From the NCBI GenBank assembly GCA_000182565.2, contig KQ257466.1: a stretch of 64,000 nucleotides of DNA. The stretch is one strand, 5' to 3'. The notes below the pieces were generated by a model that worked only from the letters and a program-made list of their open reading frames with translations, had not been told where the DNA came from and searched no databases. The first letter of the stretch is position 1; every line of letters starts with the position of its first letter. Source of the DNA: Spizellomyces punctatus DAOM BR117. Taxonomy: Eukaryota. Positions 1-11,420 of the stretch are shown here, piece after piece. A program made the position numbers and the translations under genes.

Positions 1-555
1 CATTGTCAGATCCAGACGAGACATAAATAGCTTCTAATGGTCTTTTCTCGCCGAGAGAGACTTCTTTTGACGGTGGAATATAGGTTGGGTCACCTTCGCC
101 GTGAACAACGTACTGTGCCAGGTCGATCGTAGCATGGGAGGCAAGCACAATCTCCTTAACATTGTCGTTGCCGATATACCGACACAGCCAATCCGCAGAA
201 ACCACCGGTATATTAAACTGAATAATGGAGAAGTGTGATTCACTGCACACAATAGAATGGAAATGACTCCAGTTTCCCTACCTCGCGCATGTCCAAGTGT
301 TTTGCTATTCGTGCTGGAGAAGTAAGCCCCGTTACAACTAGCTCAGCCTCATTTGCCCTCTTCACCACTTGTGCCCCTAATATATGTGCCTTAACATCAG
401 CCAAAATGTCGTCGGGGTGACAAGGGTATAATGGAACCTTTCCCGCCAAGAAGCTCACGCAACTTCTGAAGACGCTTTTCGGACATTTTGGTTTCAATGA
501 TGTGCACTCTTAGTCCACTGAGACAGAGTGGATGCTGCCCTGCAGATACTGACAT
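1..555 (-). CDS. N-terminal BRCT-domain protein, partial (continues off the left edge); possibly an X-family DNA polymerase (Pol mu/lambda/Pol4-like)
   Basis: Manual splicing of three exons gives MSVSAGQHPLCLSGLRVHIIETKMSEKRLQKLRELLGGKGAQVVKRANEAELVVTGLTSPARIAKHLDMRE-FNIPVVSADWLCRYIG. This has BRCT hallmarks (L..L+...GA.V, a VVT strand, IPVVs.dWL). The catalytic domain is not in the window. Confidence 0.55.
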
Positions 556-1035
556 TGCACGACCGGTGATGGACAGAGATCGCGAGAGGGGTTCATTGCA
601 TGTCACTCCGGAGCATTGCGTAAGCAGCTCATGACTCGACTCGCAGCGAACCGCAAATACGTTAAAAAAAGCGACTGCTATTAATTCACGCAGCAACAAG
701 AACAAAGCATCATCCTCTTTTTTGAACGCACTCCGGTGCTTGTCATTGTCTAACTTGTGAATTTCAAAATCACAAGTGAGAACAAGAAAGTTTTCCACAT
801 TGTTTGAGCAAGCTATGGGCATATGAACCAGCACATTTCAGTGAGTTCTGCCATTATGGAAAGCTTATTCGGCACTATCCACTTACAAGAGCAGAGAGGA
901 GGAAGTTAGGATTAGGCGGTAGAAAGCCACTTGCTGTGCTACGTAAAACGATATACTAATCGCATCGCGTCATAAAATGCTGTGGATTTTAAGATAACTT
1001 CCTAGTAGTTCTGTTGAGGTATCGTGCCAAAAATC

Positions 1036-2139
1036 ATGCCAGACAGGAGGGGAAATTGGTCCATCGCGCTCGTACGGCACGGGGCAACGGAATGGACTGC
1101 TACTGGTAGCATAATTGAACTCCTATTGAAACGACTCAAAGCCTGACCTTCTTGAGAAACAGGCCAGCATACGGGCGCCACTGACATCCCGCTCTCTGAC
1201 GGTATGCTCCCATAACCAGTGCTTATTTTTCACTCTCAACTGGGACCGACTGAGAATGGTGCAGTGGGGGTTAAACAGGCTCAATGTCTGGGTCGCCACT
1301 TTGCTCGGACTTTCCACGGTGACCTAACCCGCCAGTATGCCTACGCATTTGTGAGCCCAAAGGAACGGGCAAAGCAAACCTGCGACGTAGTGCTCAAACT
1401 TGCAGGCGGAAAAACTCTAAAAGTGATTGAAGACCGTGATCTTGCAGGTCAGTCAATGAGATCTCTCCATGTGTTCTTTTCATGGGATATCAATGTTCAT
1501 CTGTTGTCTTGTAGAGTGGAACTATGGAGAGTACGAGGGATTGACGTCAGCAGAGATTCGGAAACGAGATCCAGCAGGTGAAGATTGGAACGTCTTCATT
1601 CATGGCTGTCCGGGTGGGGAGACAGCAGCAGATGGTGAGTGACTACTCCTGAGAGTATGTTATTTCATTGAAAAAACAGGCCTGCTGAATTAGCTTTCAT
1701 TCAGTGGGCAAAAGGGTAGACAGGTTTCTGCAGAGAGCGAGGGAACTTGCCCTCAGCCTGGACAACCCGAAGAACATTCTGGCATTCTCCCATGGGCATG
1801 TTCTGAGAGTTCTAGGTCCGCATGGAATCAAATGAAGTCGGTGAGATTATCACACTGCAATGCTGAAGCAACATTGCAATGTAGGGGCGCGATGGATAGG
1901 ATTGCCTCCAGATCACGGTCGATTCCTCGCGTATAACACTGCAGCGGTGTCATATTTGGCCTTTGAGCACAACAATCTCAATGAGCCGGTCCTTCAGGCA
2001 AGCATCCCATGGACGCAGAAGGCAATGTGCATGGTGTATAACCTCGCGTTTCTTATTCATTTGACGTTAGGAATGGAATTCGGTTACCCACCTCGTTGTG
2101 GAGGACTGCTTGCAGCATGAGTTTGAATGTTCCTTCTGA
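1036..2139 (+). CDS. Histidine phosphatase / phosphoglycerate mutase family protein (SHB17-like), multi-exon
   Basis: Spliced motifs: LVRHGATEW (RHG), GQHTGATDIPL, VSPKERAKQT, EWNYGEYEGLT, GCPGGET, AFSHGHVLRVLGARWIGL and LQEWNSVTHL. Confidence 0.88.
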
Positions 2140-2717
2140 TGCATTAAGGGTAGGCGCGTAGCTTTCTAGTCGAACGCCGAATGATCTACTGCTGGTTATC
2201 GGTATTTTGTAGATTCCTTCGTCGATTTAGTAATGCTGCGTATAGACACTTCCTTTTGATCTACTTTGTAGTGTAGGAAAAATGTGCAACGGCATGTTTC
2301 TCTGAATTGTCATGTACTTTCCGCAGCAGATCGCGACCCTGCTGTAGGTTAGTTCGGAACAGAAGCAAGGCAATACACATGCCGTAGCGCTTGCTATTTG
2401 GTTCCTGTAAAGAGTAGTTGCATAGCAGGTTCATTTAGTAAAACAAGCTGATCTCGTGGAGGACCTGGTTCACCCACCTTCGCTCCCAATGTCTTCAAAT
2501 ACCGTATTCGCAGTTTCTTCATGTTCTTCACGGGTGCTTTCCCTAATCAGGAGGTTCAGGAGGATATACCCTTCGATTGAGATTGGTGAACCCTAGGGTT
2601 TCTTTCGGTTGTCCTATGATGAGTCAGAGATGGTGTACTGACATCCCGCATTCAAGCGGTCGGAGCATTCCAATGGAGCCGGCGTGCTGTTGGCGTCGGC
2701 TGCAGTGGTCTTGATAA

Positions 2718-3146
2718 ATGATGGGCTGCATCTCTGCGACATGTCATTCTCACATGTCAAATGGCGGTAAGGAAAATGATAGGAATCCGCCGTGAGGACC
2801 ACTGTTGATGGTTTCCAGGCGAACTCTAATGTGTTAGTGCAGAAATGGCCTACGTGTTTCTACTCAAATGCGACGCAGAAGACATCTTGCGAACTCAGGT
2901 CAGACTGTCGTTTCGACGACTGTCCGGTGGATAAGAAAGGAGATTTCTGTCTCTATCACTCAAATTCAACTCATCCATGGTGGACTAATTGGCAGGCTGG
3001 TGGAAAACCATTTGGTCCCCACTGCAATAAAAAAGGATGCAATGTAGAAATCAATGAATCATGTTGAACCATATCATTTGAAGCAAAACTACCTTACCAC
3101 TCCACAGTGTGCTGGTCTTGGACCAAGCAAATCCGTGGATCATTGA
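2718..3146 (+). CDS. Possible small cysteine-rich protein (tentative 3-exon model)
   Basis: ORF 2792-3067 contains CFYSN..CELRSDCRFDDC..FC..HCNKKGC and is flanked by plausible GT/AG sites. No recognisable family. Confidence 0.25.
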
Positions 3147-3990
3147 CGATTGCACCTATCCGACAAGTTTTGTCCATACGGATCACAATGCTTTCCCCTG
3201 CGCAGAAGTGCCTTGGCAGCAATATATGCCACGCAGTTTGAATGAGATAGGTTCCTTGCTACTACTGGTGGGACGGCTGAAGCTCTGGCATGCAAGAGGT
3301 TGCATATACGCTGCAGGAATCAAGTAAGATAATTCCCCATGTCCATCATATCGACGCAGCTATCAAATAGTCTGCAGATATGCCTTCAAAATCCTCCCTC
3401 CCATAGCGGGCATTAGCCTTTGCTCACTTCGCACACTGATACACTGATGCTATTACGGGATACAGTCAACGTCTCCCTGCAACGCAAATTGCCAACGTAA
3501 CGCATCCTTCGTCATGCTGCCACATCAAAGACAGGCGTCCTAGGACATTTCCATAGAAAGATGGCCTTTCATTTGGGGATCGAGAAGTCTGTGTAGATAA
3601 GGCGATATAACATTTGCAGTTGCTTTCCTAGTAGGACAAGTCTACTACAAGGATATTTGTCCATCCATCGACCTTTGAACCCGCATGTTAAAATTCTCCG
3701 ATATGAAATCCTTAGGCCTTTTCAAGGAATGAATAACCCTAATGTCTCCCTTACTATTTTTTCTTGTTTTAGTAGGGGGCCATGTCGCGCTGGTTTAGGG
3801 TCCATTGTTACTGAATAGTGGTAGGCTATCAGACTTAACGGGTGAAGAAGGGTCTTTACAAGGTGAACATATCGAAGAACAACGTAATTACCATCCCAGC
3901 GGGTTTGTCCTTTGACCATAACCGTAACCACAGTTTATACAAAATATATCCCCTTCCCATTGCCCTTTCATACGTCCACATCTCCTTTCA

Positions 3991-4821
3991 ATGGTCCCGG
4001 CCCATACCCAACACCATACTGGTTCTTTACATCTATCAAACCTTCATTCATTACCATCCAGCGGGATGGAGGACCTAGCACGCCGAGACCTGGCAGGAAG
4101 AAACGTGCCGAGGTCCCCTTCCAGCCCAAAGCATACAAGTCGAATATCAAAACTGTCGGCAGGGACCGTACGACCCAACAATGCTGCCGACACTACGTCG
4201 TCATGGATGTACTCTGTCAATGCCATCACCCATTTCCCATCTCGTACCCGATGGTCTTATAGACAATCTAGCCCGGAGCACGCCAACAAGCTACCCCAGC
4301 TGATGAGTCCCGGACGCAGGACCAGCGAAGGAAGCAAGCGTCATGTATCAAACTCCCCTACAGGAAGACAGCACAGTTCCAAATCTAATCGACAAAGTCT
4401 CCCACCATTGCAACCGTCGGGAAGAATACATGGTTCGTTTCAATCGCAAAACCAACAATTCCACTCGACCCATGGACGATCCTTTCCACACACCCCACAC
4501 AGTAGCTCTCGTCCCGCAAGTACTGCCCGCAATCATATGTGTATTGACCTCGCAAACTCTTCCCATTCGCATCGCCCTGTTCCTCTCGCCCCCTCTACTT
4601 CACATGACCGCAGGAAATCATCAGCAAAAGAGCCAAGACAAAGCCGTTACGCTTCGTATTTGGATACGTTTGTCGTAGATACTACGTTTCCGGATGCCAC
4701 GGGGTTGACGTTACCGCCTGTCACAGGGGTGCTGTCACCTGAGACGAGGCCTCCACCTACAACTAGAAGGCTCAGTCAGGTGAAGCTTCCACCAGTGCAT
4801 GAGAGCAAAAGAAAGAGATGA
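3991..4821 (+). CDS. Hypothetical Ser/His/Pro/Arg-rich, probably disordered protein (5' end uncertain)
   Basis: 276-codon ORF with low-complexity composition and no recognisable domain. Confidence 0.45.
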   Translation: MVPAHTQHHTGSLHLSNLHSLPSSGMEDLARRDLAGRNVPRSPSSPKHTSRISKLSAGTVRPNNAADTTSSWMYSVNAITHFPSRTRWSYRQSSPEHANKLPQLMSPGRRTSEGSKRHVSNSPTGRQHSSKSNRQSLPPLQPSGRIHGSFQSQNQQFHSTHGRSFPHTPHSSSRPASTARNHMCIDLANSSHSHRPVPLAPSTSHDRRKSSAKEPRQSRYASYLDTFVVDTTFPDATGLTLPPVTGVLSPETRPPPTTRRLSQVKLPPVHESKRKR

Positions 4822-5318
4822 CAGTTGCTTGCGCCTCAGACTGCTTATGTGTGGTGCCACTTATAGTCAGAGGTTGCAGTTGATAGGTTGGATTGGAATA
4901 TCCGTGCTGGCACGGATGGCGGAGCAAGTGGATCGCTAGCTTGTATTTTGGGAAGAAGGAGGGCATATGCCATGCTGCCTTAATTGGCCAATTTACATCT
5001 TTTGTTCAACGAATGATACTACATTCTTAAACCTGAGCAAAGTCCACTATACGCTACTTTGTAATACTATCCTTTGTTACTACTCGTAGCACCTCCCCGG
5101 TTGCGAGATAAAGAAAAAGGACAATGTGTTCTGCGTCCGTAGTCAAAAAGTTCATCTGTATTTTGGCCAGCGCTTAACCGATTTTCGAGACGCGGATAGT
5201 AGCAAAAGGAATCTGAAACTGGGCAAGATTCCTGGGCCGACCACCCTTCTCAAACCAAGGAAAGACTAGTCGACATGAAAATGACTTGGGCTGTCTCGCT
5301 TTGCAAACTCTCTCCTCT

Positions 5319-6815
5319 ATGGAATTGGAGGACCCAACCGTCATGTACTATCCCGATCATCACAAACTACGAAATCTCTTAGACCTACCAACAGACATCC
5401 TTCTTTATATTTGTTTGCATCTTGATGCGTTATGTATTCTACGCATTGAACAGACCTGTAAGACGCTCGCATCTATCTCTCGAGGAAATCGGGGAACGAT
5501 ATGGCGACCTCTTTTGTTAGATATCTGGAGGAGGTCAACTCCGGCTAACGTCCGTATCAATTTGCGCGGGCAGCAATGGAGGGATCTTTTCCGAGAGTGG
5601 CATTTGTGGGGCATTCAATTGAGTGCTGCTGCAAACCAACGGGCAAAGGGTGAACGATTATTGATTCCCGCAGAACTTCCTTCGGATGAAGGGGGACACA
5701 GGACCATAACTTATTTAGCGGCAATTCCGGCGGCGGGACCTGCAATTGGTCTCACATGTCAATTGGTAGGAGATGCCAAAGTGTGCATCTCTTCGCCAAT
5801 GGTGTCTATTGTGGATCTTTCGGGAGAAACAAAGGAACAGGATTGCGAGCGAAGCAGGACCATTAACGCTCTGCTTAAAGAAGTCAAGGCAAAGTGGATA
5901 GATGTTCCTAGTCCAGCTAGCGATACAAGGGAAAGTCTGGTGACCATAAACGAATGGGAAGGTCAATGGGAAGGAGGATGGACTTCTGTTTGGAATGTGG
6001 AAACCACAAGCGAGCGACAACCACGATTGCTCACCCGGTTCAGGTCGATGTCGACAGCACATGTGGCGATGAGATACAACAATCTTCAAGCATCGTGCAC
6101 TGCGTGGTGGGTTCAACCAGATCCAAACACGATCGGAATGAGCACTAGCGATGACAGAGCTGAGATACGCCTATGGCGTCTGCCTCCCTCTCCGGAATTA
6201 AAGCCAGAACTCCTATGGTGTAAGCAGCTAGCTCCAAAGACTCGGGCAAGATCGCTCGCTCTATCGTCCCTCTACTTGGCGTGTCTCGTCGAAGACGGAT
6301 CTGGGTATCACATCCAACTCTTCGACGTGTCCAACGGAGCGCTACTTGCACGAATCGGCGAAGCAGCAACTTTTCGGGAAGGAGGGCAAACTCTCTTTGC
6401 CGCGTCCCCTAGCAGCCTATTATTAGGAACACCGTTTGATGATACCACTGGGATTCAATCCATTCACCTCCTTCCATCTGGTACCCTTCTGGTACAAGCT
6501 GCTGGAATGGTCCATATCTATTCGATCATTCCCATACATCCCGACAGCACCCACGGAAACGTAGTAGTTGGTCTAATAGCTCGGGTCAATATCGGAGACG
6601 TCACACCCCTTCATATTGTCTTACGCTCCTCACACGACCCAATTTTAGTTATACGTGACTTTCAAAGCCCAGATAGAGTATGTGTCATACGCCCTGCGTA
6701 CATCGCGAAGAAATGGTTTGTTAGTCGCCGGTCTTCTGGAGAAATGGGCATGTGGGTGGTGTACGAAAAGGAGTCTGCTGCACTGGACGTTTTGTGGAAG
6801 GCAGTTTACTATTGA
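5319..6815 (+). CDS. F-box protein with a beta-rich C-terminus, single exon
   Basis: N-terminal LLDLPTDILLYICLHLDALCILRIEQTCKTLASIS...IWRPL F-box consensus within an ORF of about 500 aa. Confidence 0.82.
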   Translation: MELEDPTVMYYPDHHKLRNLLDLPTDILLYICLHLDALCILRIEQTCKTLASISRGNRGTIWRPLLLDIWRRSTPANVRINLRGQQWRDLFREWHLWGIQLSAAANQRAKGERLLIPAELPSDEGGHRTITYLAAIPAAGPAIGLTCQLVGDAKVCISSPMVSIVDLSGETKEQDCERSRTINALLKEVKAKWIDVPSPASDTRESLVTINEWEGQWEGGWTSVWNVETTSERQPRLLTRFRSMSTAHVAMRYNNLQASCTAWWVQPDPNTIGMSTSDDRAEIRLWRLPPSPELKPELLWCKQLAPKTRARSLALSSLYLACLVEDGSGYHIQLFDVSNGALLARIGEAATFREGGQTLFAASPSSLLLGTPFDDTTGIQSIHLLPSGTLLVQAAGMVHIYSIIPIHPDSTHGNVVVGLIARVNIGDVTPLHIVLRSSHDPILVIRDFQSPDRVCVIRPAYIAKKWFVSRRSSGEMGMWVVYEKESAALDVLWKAVYY

Positions 6816-7167
6816 TATTTAAATTTTAAATAGACCAAAATGACAACAATAATGGACCCATTTGAGGATCAGTCAGGCGTCTTCAGTACTAAAGTATCAT
6901 TCATTAGTTTTCGATAAGAAAAACCAACACCGATCTGTTGGAAACACCAGGGTTGGTCCATATGAATCAGGGTAGGGCTTCCAGCTCTGGTATGGTATCG
7001 GCAGATCCGCATGCTTCTTAGAAGCATGAACTTTATGGCGAATTAACGGAGATTAGGTCTGAATTGAATCGATTTGCACATGTAGTGGAGTGTGAAACTA
7101 AATCATAACCTTACCAAGACGGACACCGGCTGCTTCAGCATCCTTGTAAATTGAATATTGGAGGCAT

Positions 7168-9120
7168 ATGGCCGTGCCAGTATCCAACTGTGGTTCCTTG
7201 AGAACCTCCGAAGGAACAAGCTCGTACATCATACTAGGAACACATAATACGGATGATACTGCAGGATTGCATGGAATTGACGATACATGGGCAGGAATCT
7301 TGTCAAGACGGGCCTCGTTGGGAAGGGTTGCCTCTACGACAACACAGGACCTTGATTTTGCCTCCTATTCACCACCTGATAGAAGCAGTAGCATTCGCCG
7401 CATCATCGCTGTCGGCATTCCCGCTCACCGGACAGCGGACAATCCAACTCTGCTTCGAATTGTGGTTGCATATGCACAGTGCTTGCTTGTCAGCTTTGTG
7501 ATCGCCTTGGGAGGAAACCTGCTCGCGTTCGCTCTAAGTCTACTTAAATGGGAGCCGCGGGAACCACAAGGCGGCGGATCACGCAATCCTGGACACATGG
7601 ACAGCCTTGCTTTTGCGATAATTGGCATGCTGATGTTCGTTTGCGCCTTGCCTATTTTTACTGCGGTGCAGTTTATTGTTGTTCACGGTTTCAAGAGATG
7701 GAAGGCGACGAGCATGATTTGGGTGACTTTAGCTGTTTCTATCTCTGCGGCTGCACTCTCTATTGGATTGTGGCGGTCAGGTATTTCCGTCATTCCAGTG
7801 GTGGATCTATAAGGAATCTTGTTTAACGTCCGCTTTATAGGTTGGCCATGGTGGTTCTACTATGTTGACGTATTTATTATAGCTTCCCATTTCGGTGTCT
7901 GTACATTTTTCAGCGGATATTACGGCCAACGAAGAGAGATTCCAGGCTCACAACCACCGGACTGGCGTGAACGTACCAGAGACGGCATCATGTTCATGGT
8001 CATTGAATTTGTTGTTGCGGTGTCCGCCTTAGCGTATGGAATATGGCTTATACCCATTTACATGGGCTTGTCAAATGAGATGCGGATGCTCTGGCGTTTT
8101 ACAGTCCATCCGATTTATTGGGGTGGGTCTCGCGCTTGCAACGTCTGCGATCTGCGCGTGAGCTCACCACATGTCTACTGATGCACAGAGGCCATCGTCA
8201 AGCTTGCAGCCCGACATCTTCTGATCAGCAAGGCTGGTGATAAGCTGAGCGTCCTGGATACTCTTGCAATGGCACATGGTAAAGTGATATCTGCTGTTTT
8301 GCTGCTAGCGGATCACAACCAATTAAACGATTGAATACGAAATAGCACAGTCCCATCTTATCATAATGCAAGCGAGCATGGTTACTACCGTAAACACGTT
8401 TCTAAATACATTGACCACCATTTTGACGGTTCATGTCGGTAAGGCTCATTTTCTGGTGAAGTTAACTCACAATACCTCCAGCACCAACAAAGTTTTGCGC
8501 GGATGATAGGGCGGGTTTTTTGGCGTTCAACCGATGTTGCTCGTACTCGGATTTTTTATCGGCTGTTCCTTCGGTTCGTCGCGACCACCGAGGACAAGAA
8601 GGACGTACCGCATACCGAAAAAGGATATCTGGAGGTATACAAGTATCTTTTGGCCGTCGAGACTATGGTGCGTCCCTGCAGTTCCTTGATTCCTGTTTAT
8701 AACACTTTGTTTAACAATATTGTATTTCAGACCGAGATTCTTCTGGAAAACAGTGCAGTCATGTTTCTATCCACAACTGGCCTTTTGTTCCGCAACTATA
8801 CAAACGCATTTTGGTTTAACCAAAGCGAAATCGTGTTTGAGTGGTATCACGCACCGCTGGTCGTCACTATCCAAATTGTCGGAGCCTTTATCTTTGATCT
8901 CATTACCATATACATTAACTCGCGATACACCATCGGATACAGAAACGGGTCTAATATACCTCTGTTACGTTCATGGAGGGAGATTTGGGCTTACAAGTGG
9001 CGGTTCATTGGGTTTTCTGGTACAGTGTTTTTATGACATTTGGGCGTATGACTTTGGCTAACAGTTACAGGATGTAGCTTACTCTTTATTGACAATGGGA
9101 TTTATTGCTCAGGTAGATGA
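7168..9120 (+). CDS. Uncharacterised multi-pass membrane protein, multi-exon (3' end uncertain)
   Basis: ORFs 7168-7812, 7819-8181 and 8503-9036 plus small exons join via GT-AG introns. There are many hydrophobic helices (e.g. CLLVSFVIALGGNLLAFAL, IMFMVIEFVVAVSALAYGIWLI, LVVTIQIVGAFIFDLITIYI). Confidence 0.7.
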
Positions 9121-9780
9121 GCATACGTCGTCTCCCAGCGTTCTGTTTCTCATTTAGTCTTTTCGTAGGTCTATATGATGTCACGAGTCCCACGGGCGAT
9201 ATTTTGTTCAAGTCCATGGGACATCTGTTCATGCACATTCAAGGACGTGCACATGCGTGCTATGTGCCCACCGTAGGGGTGCACCATGCCGCTCATCCCT
9301 GGAATTCATCTGGGGATGCGTGTATATTCTTTCAAACATTTTGCTGTTCTTTCATTTTTTATTTATAATTTGAAGACGAGAGAGTTAACATTGGTGGATC
9401 GAGGAGATGCCTTGGCGCTGGAGCTTGAAGGATCAGAGGTAGTGATCACATTTTCGTTTCCTAAAGGTCCGCAATGTGCAATGGAGTATATCAATAGTAT
9501 TTATTGGAAGATGTTATAGCAGTGATCTTTAACAATATCTCGTTTAAATTCAATTCAAGCTGATTTCCAATTATAGCACTGCCGCGGTCAGTCTTCCCAT
9601 TTATAGTCTGCAGACTGACTACTTCAGGATATGCGTCTTTTTTTGGGATGCCTCATGCATGTTCGCGTTCGCGTTAACTGGTCGCTGCGACGAGGCGTTC
9701 GAGTATGTAAGGACGAGGGACCAGGTTGGATTGCACTACCCGTTGCAATTTCTTTAGAAAGGGACTTTTGATACCTGTAA

Positions 9781-11013
9781 ATGGTGAATGCAGTTCATCG
9801 TCAGCCTTGTCCTTTTCATAGCCGCCTTGTGGATTCCACGCTCGGCCCTTGGCTTGGGCACACGAACGTTTCGAGTCTCGATGGAGAACATGTGGCAATG
9901 GAGGAAGGAGAAGCTGAGGATTCTTCACCATCTTCTGTGATGATCCGTGACACGCTTTTTGAACCGCCAGCTCACGCATTGCATTCGACCCGAGTTTCTG
10001 ATGTTTGGCGCCCTTCTACTTCTCACACATATGATAATGGCCGTCCTAGAACAAGTACTGCCTGGGCCTCTCTTTTCGGCGGGGAAATTGGAATGGATGA
10101 TGTTGAAAATGACGGAGATAATGATGTGCAGGTCAATAGCGGCTTACAGCATGACCTACAGCTTACCGACGAAATCACGGTGTACTTGGGCGGCCAACTC
10201 GACGACGATACTAGCGAAGAGGAAGATTTGAGAGACACCAGTGAACGCATCCAACAAGACTTGTCCATAATCCGATGGGAAATCGACAACCTTCAGACTT
10301 GGTATGAAGAGTACTTTCAAAGAGTGGCAGCAACTGTATTAAGCGTGCTTGTCGACGAGGATGCAGTAGGATTGAATGAGACTGAGGAAGAGTTGCATCA
10401 GGATTCACTTGGCAACCCTGAAGACAGCACCGCGCGCTACGTTCGCCGTCGAGGCGAATTAGCCCACATCCTGATGGCCAATTTATTCCACGAGCGGACA
10501 GACGAGCAGTCGTCGGACGAAGAAGGCGAGCTGGCCGGCATGGAAGATGTGGCCTCATCTGTTTCGGATTTACGTTGGGATACCACTGATGATCATCAAC
10601 CTACATCCCCATTACGCTCTGTAGCGCGGCCAATTTTGGATGTGGAGTGGGATTCTTTGGCCAATATACCCTTTCGATCGTTCAGAGCGCCACAAACCTT
10701 TCCGCTCACCAGCGTTGATAATACTGTTTTTCAGAGTACCGCAGGAGCACGACACATGGTATTGAACGCCGATGCTAACTATGTTGAATCCATCATCGAA
10801 TGTGAGGATGAGGCTCTGGATTGCGATCTAGAATTGGGTTTGGGGCATCCAGAGCCTAAAGAAGACCTTGTGATGGGAGAAGGTGTGGATGCAAATGGGA
10901 ACAAAACGGGTATAGCAAGCGAGGTCAGGCATGCTTGCGGTCAACAGTTGATAGTGACCCATTTGGTGAAACCAGACTGGATAGATATGTCGGGAGCCTA
11001 TGTAGGAAGATAG
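9781..11013 (+). CDS. Hypothetical highly acidic protein, single exon
   Basis: 410-codon Asp/Glu-rich ORF with a short predicted coiled segment (LRDTSERIQQDLSIIRWEIDNLQ). The start could be the ATG near 9898. Confidence 0.6.
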   Translation: MVNAVHRQPCPFHSRLVDSTLGPWLGHTNVSSLDGEHVAMEEGEAEDSSPSSVMIRDTLFEPPAHALHSTRVSDVWRPSTSHTYDNGRPRTSTAWASLFGGEIGMDDVENDGDNDVQVNSGLQHDLQLTDEITVYLGGQLDDDTSEEEDLRDTSERIQQDLSIIRWEIDNLQTWYEEYFQRVAATVLSVLVDEDAVGLNETEEELHQDSLGNPEDSTARYVRRRGELAHILMANLFHERTDEQSSDEEGELAGMEDVASSVSDLRWDTTDDHQPTSPLRSVARPILDVEWDSLANIPFRSFRAPQTFPLTSVDNTVFQSTAGARHMVLNADANYVESIIECEDEALDCDLELGLGHPEPKEDLVMGEGVDANGNKTGIASEVRHACGQQLIVTHLVKPDWIDMSGAYVGR

Positions 11014-11420
11014 CTAGATTAGGTTTTTAGCGTTGCGCAAACTTTAAAAAAAAAAAAAAGATACAAAGCAATCCACGATCATTTTTACATGAAAGTGAGC
11101 AGACGCGCAGACTTTTGTGCACCCGTGGCTATAGTGTTCCGATCACGATTCTTTCCACTGTGGACGAGAATTATCTCGCTTTTGCTCATCGTCTGGTGTT
11201 TATTTTCGTCCAGTTTTTCCAATCTGGGCAGGTTTCCATGCGTTTTGGACAATTGAAAGGTCACTCTGCGCGCTGTTTTTACAGCGCCATCCTTGTGCCA
11301 ATTCAAGGCCATCGGAATTTGACTTTGGGACATTGGTCGCTAGTCTTAGTATGACGAGAGTTAAAAAGGGACGATGGACGTTTCCTCTCCCCACATTGAC
11401 CATAACCTCATCTCGCAATC

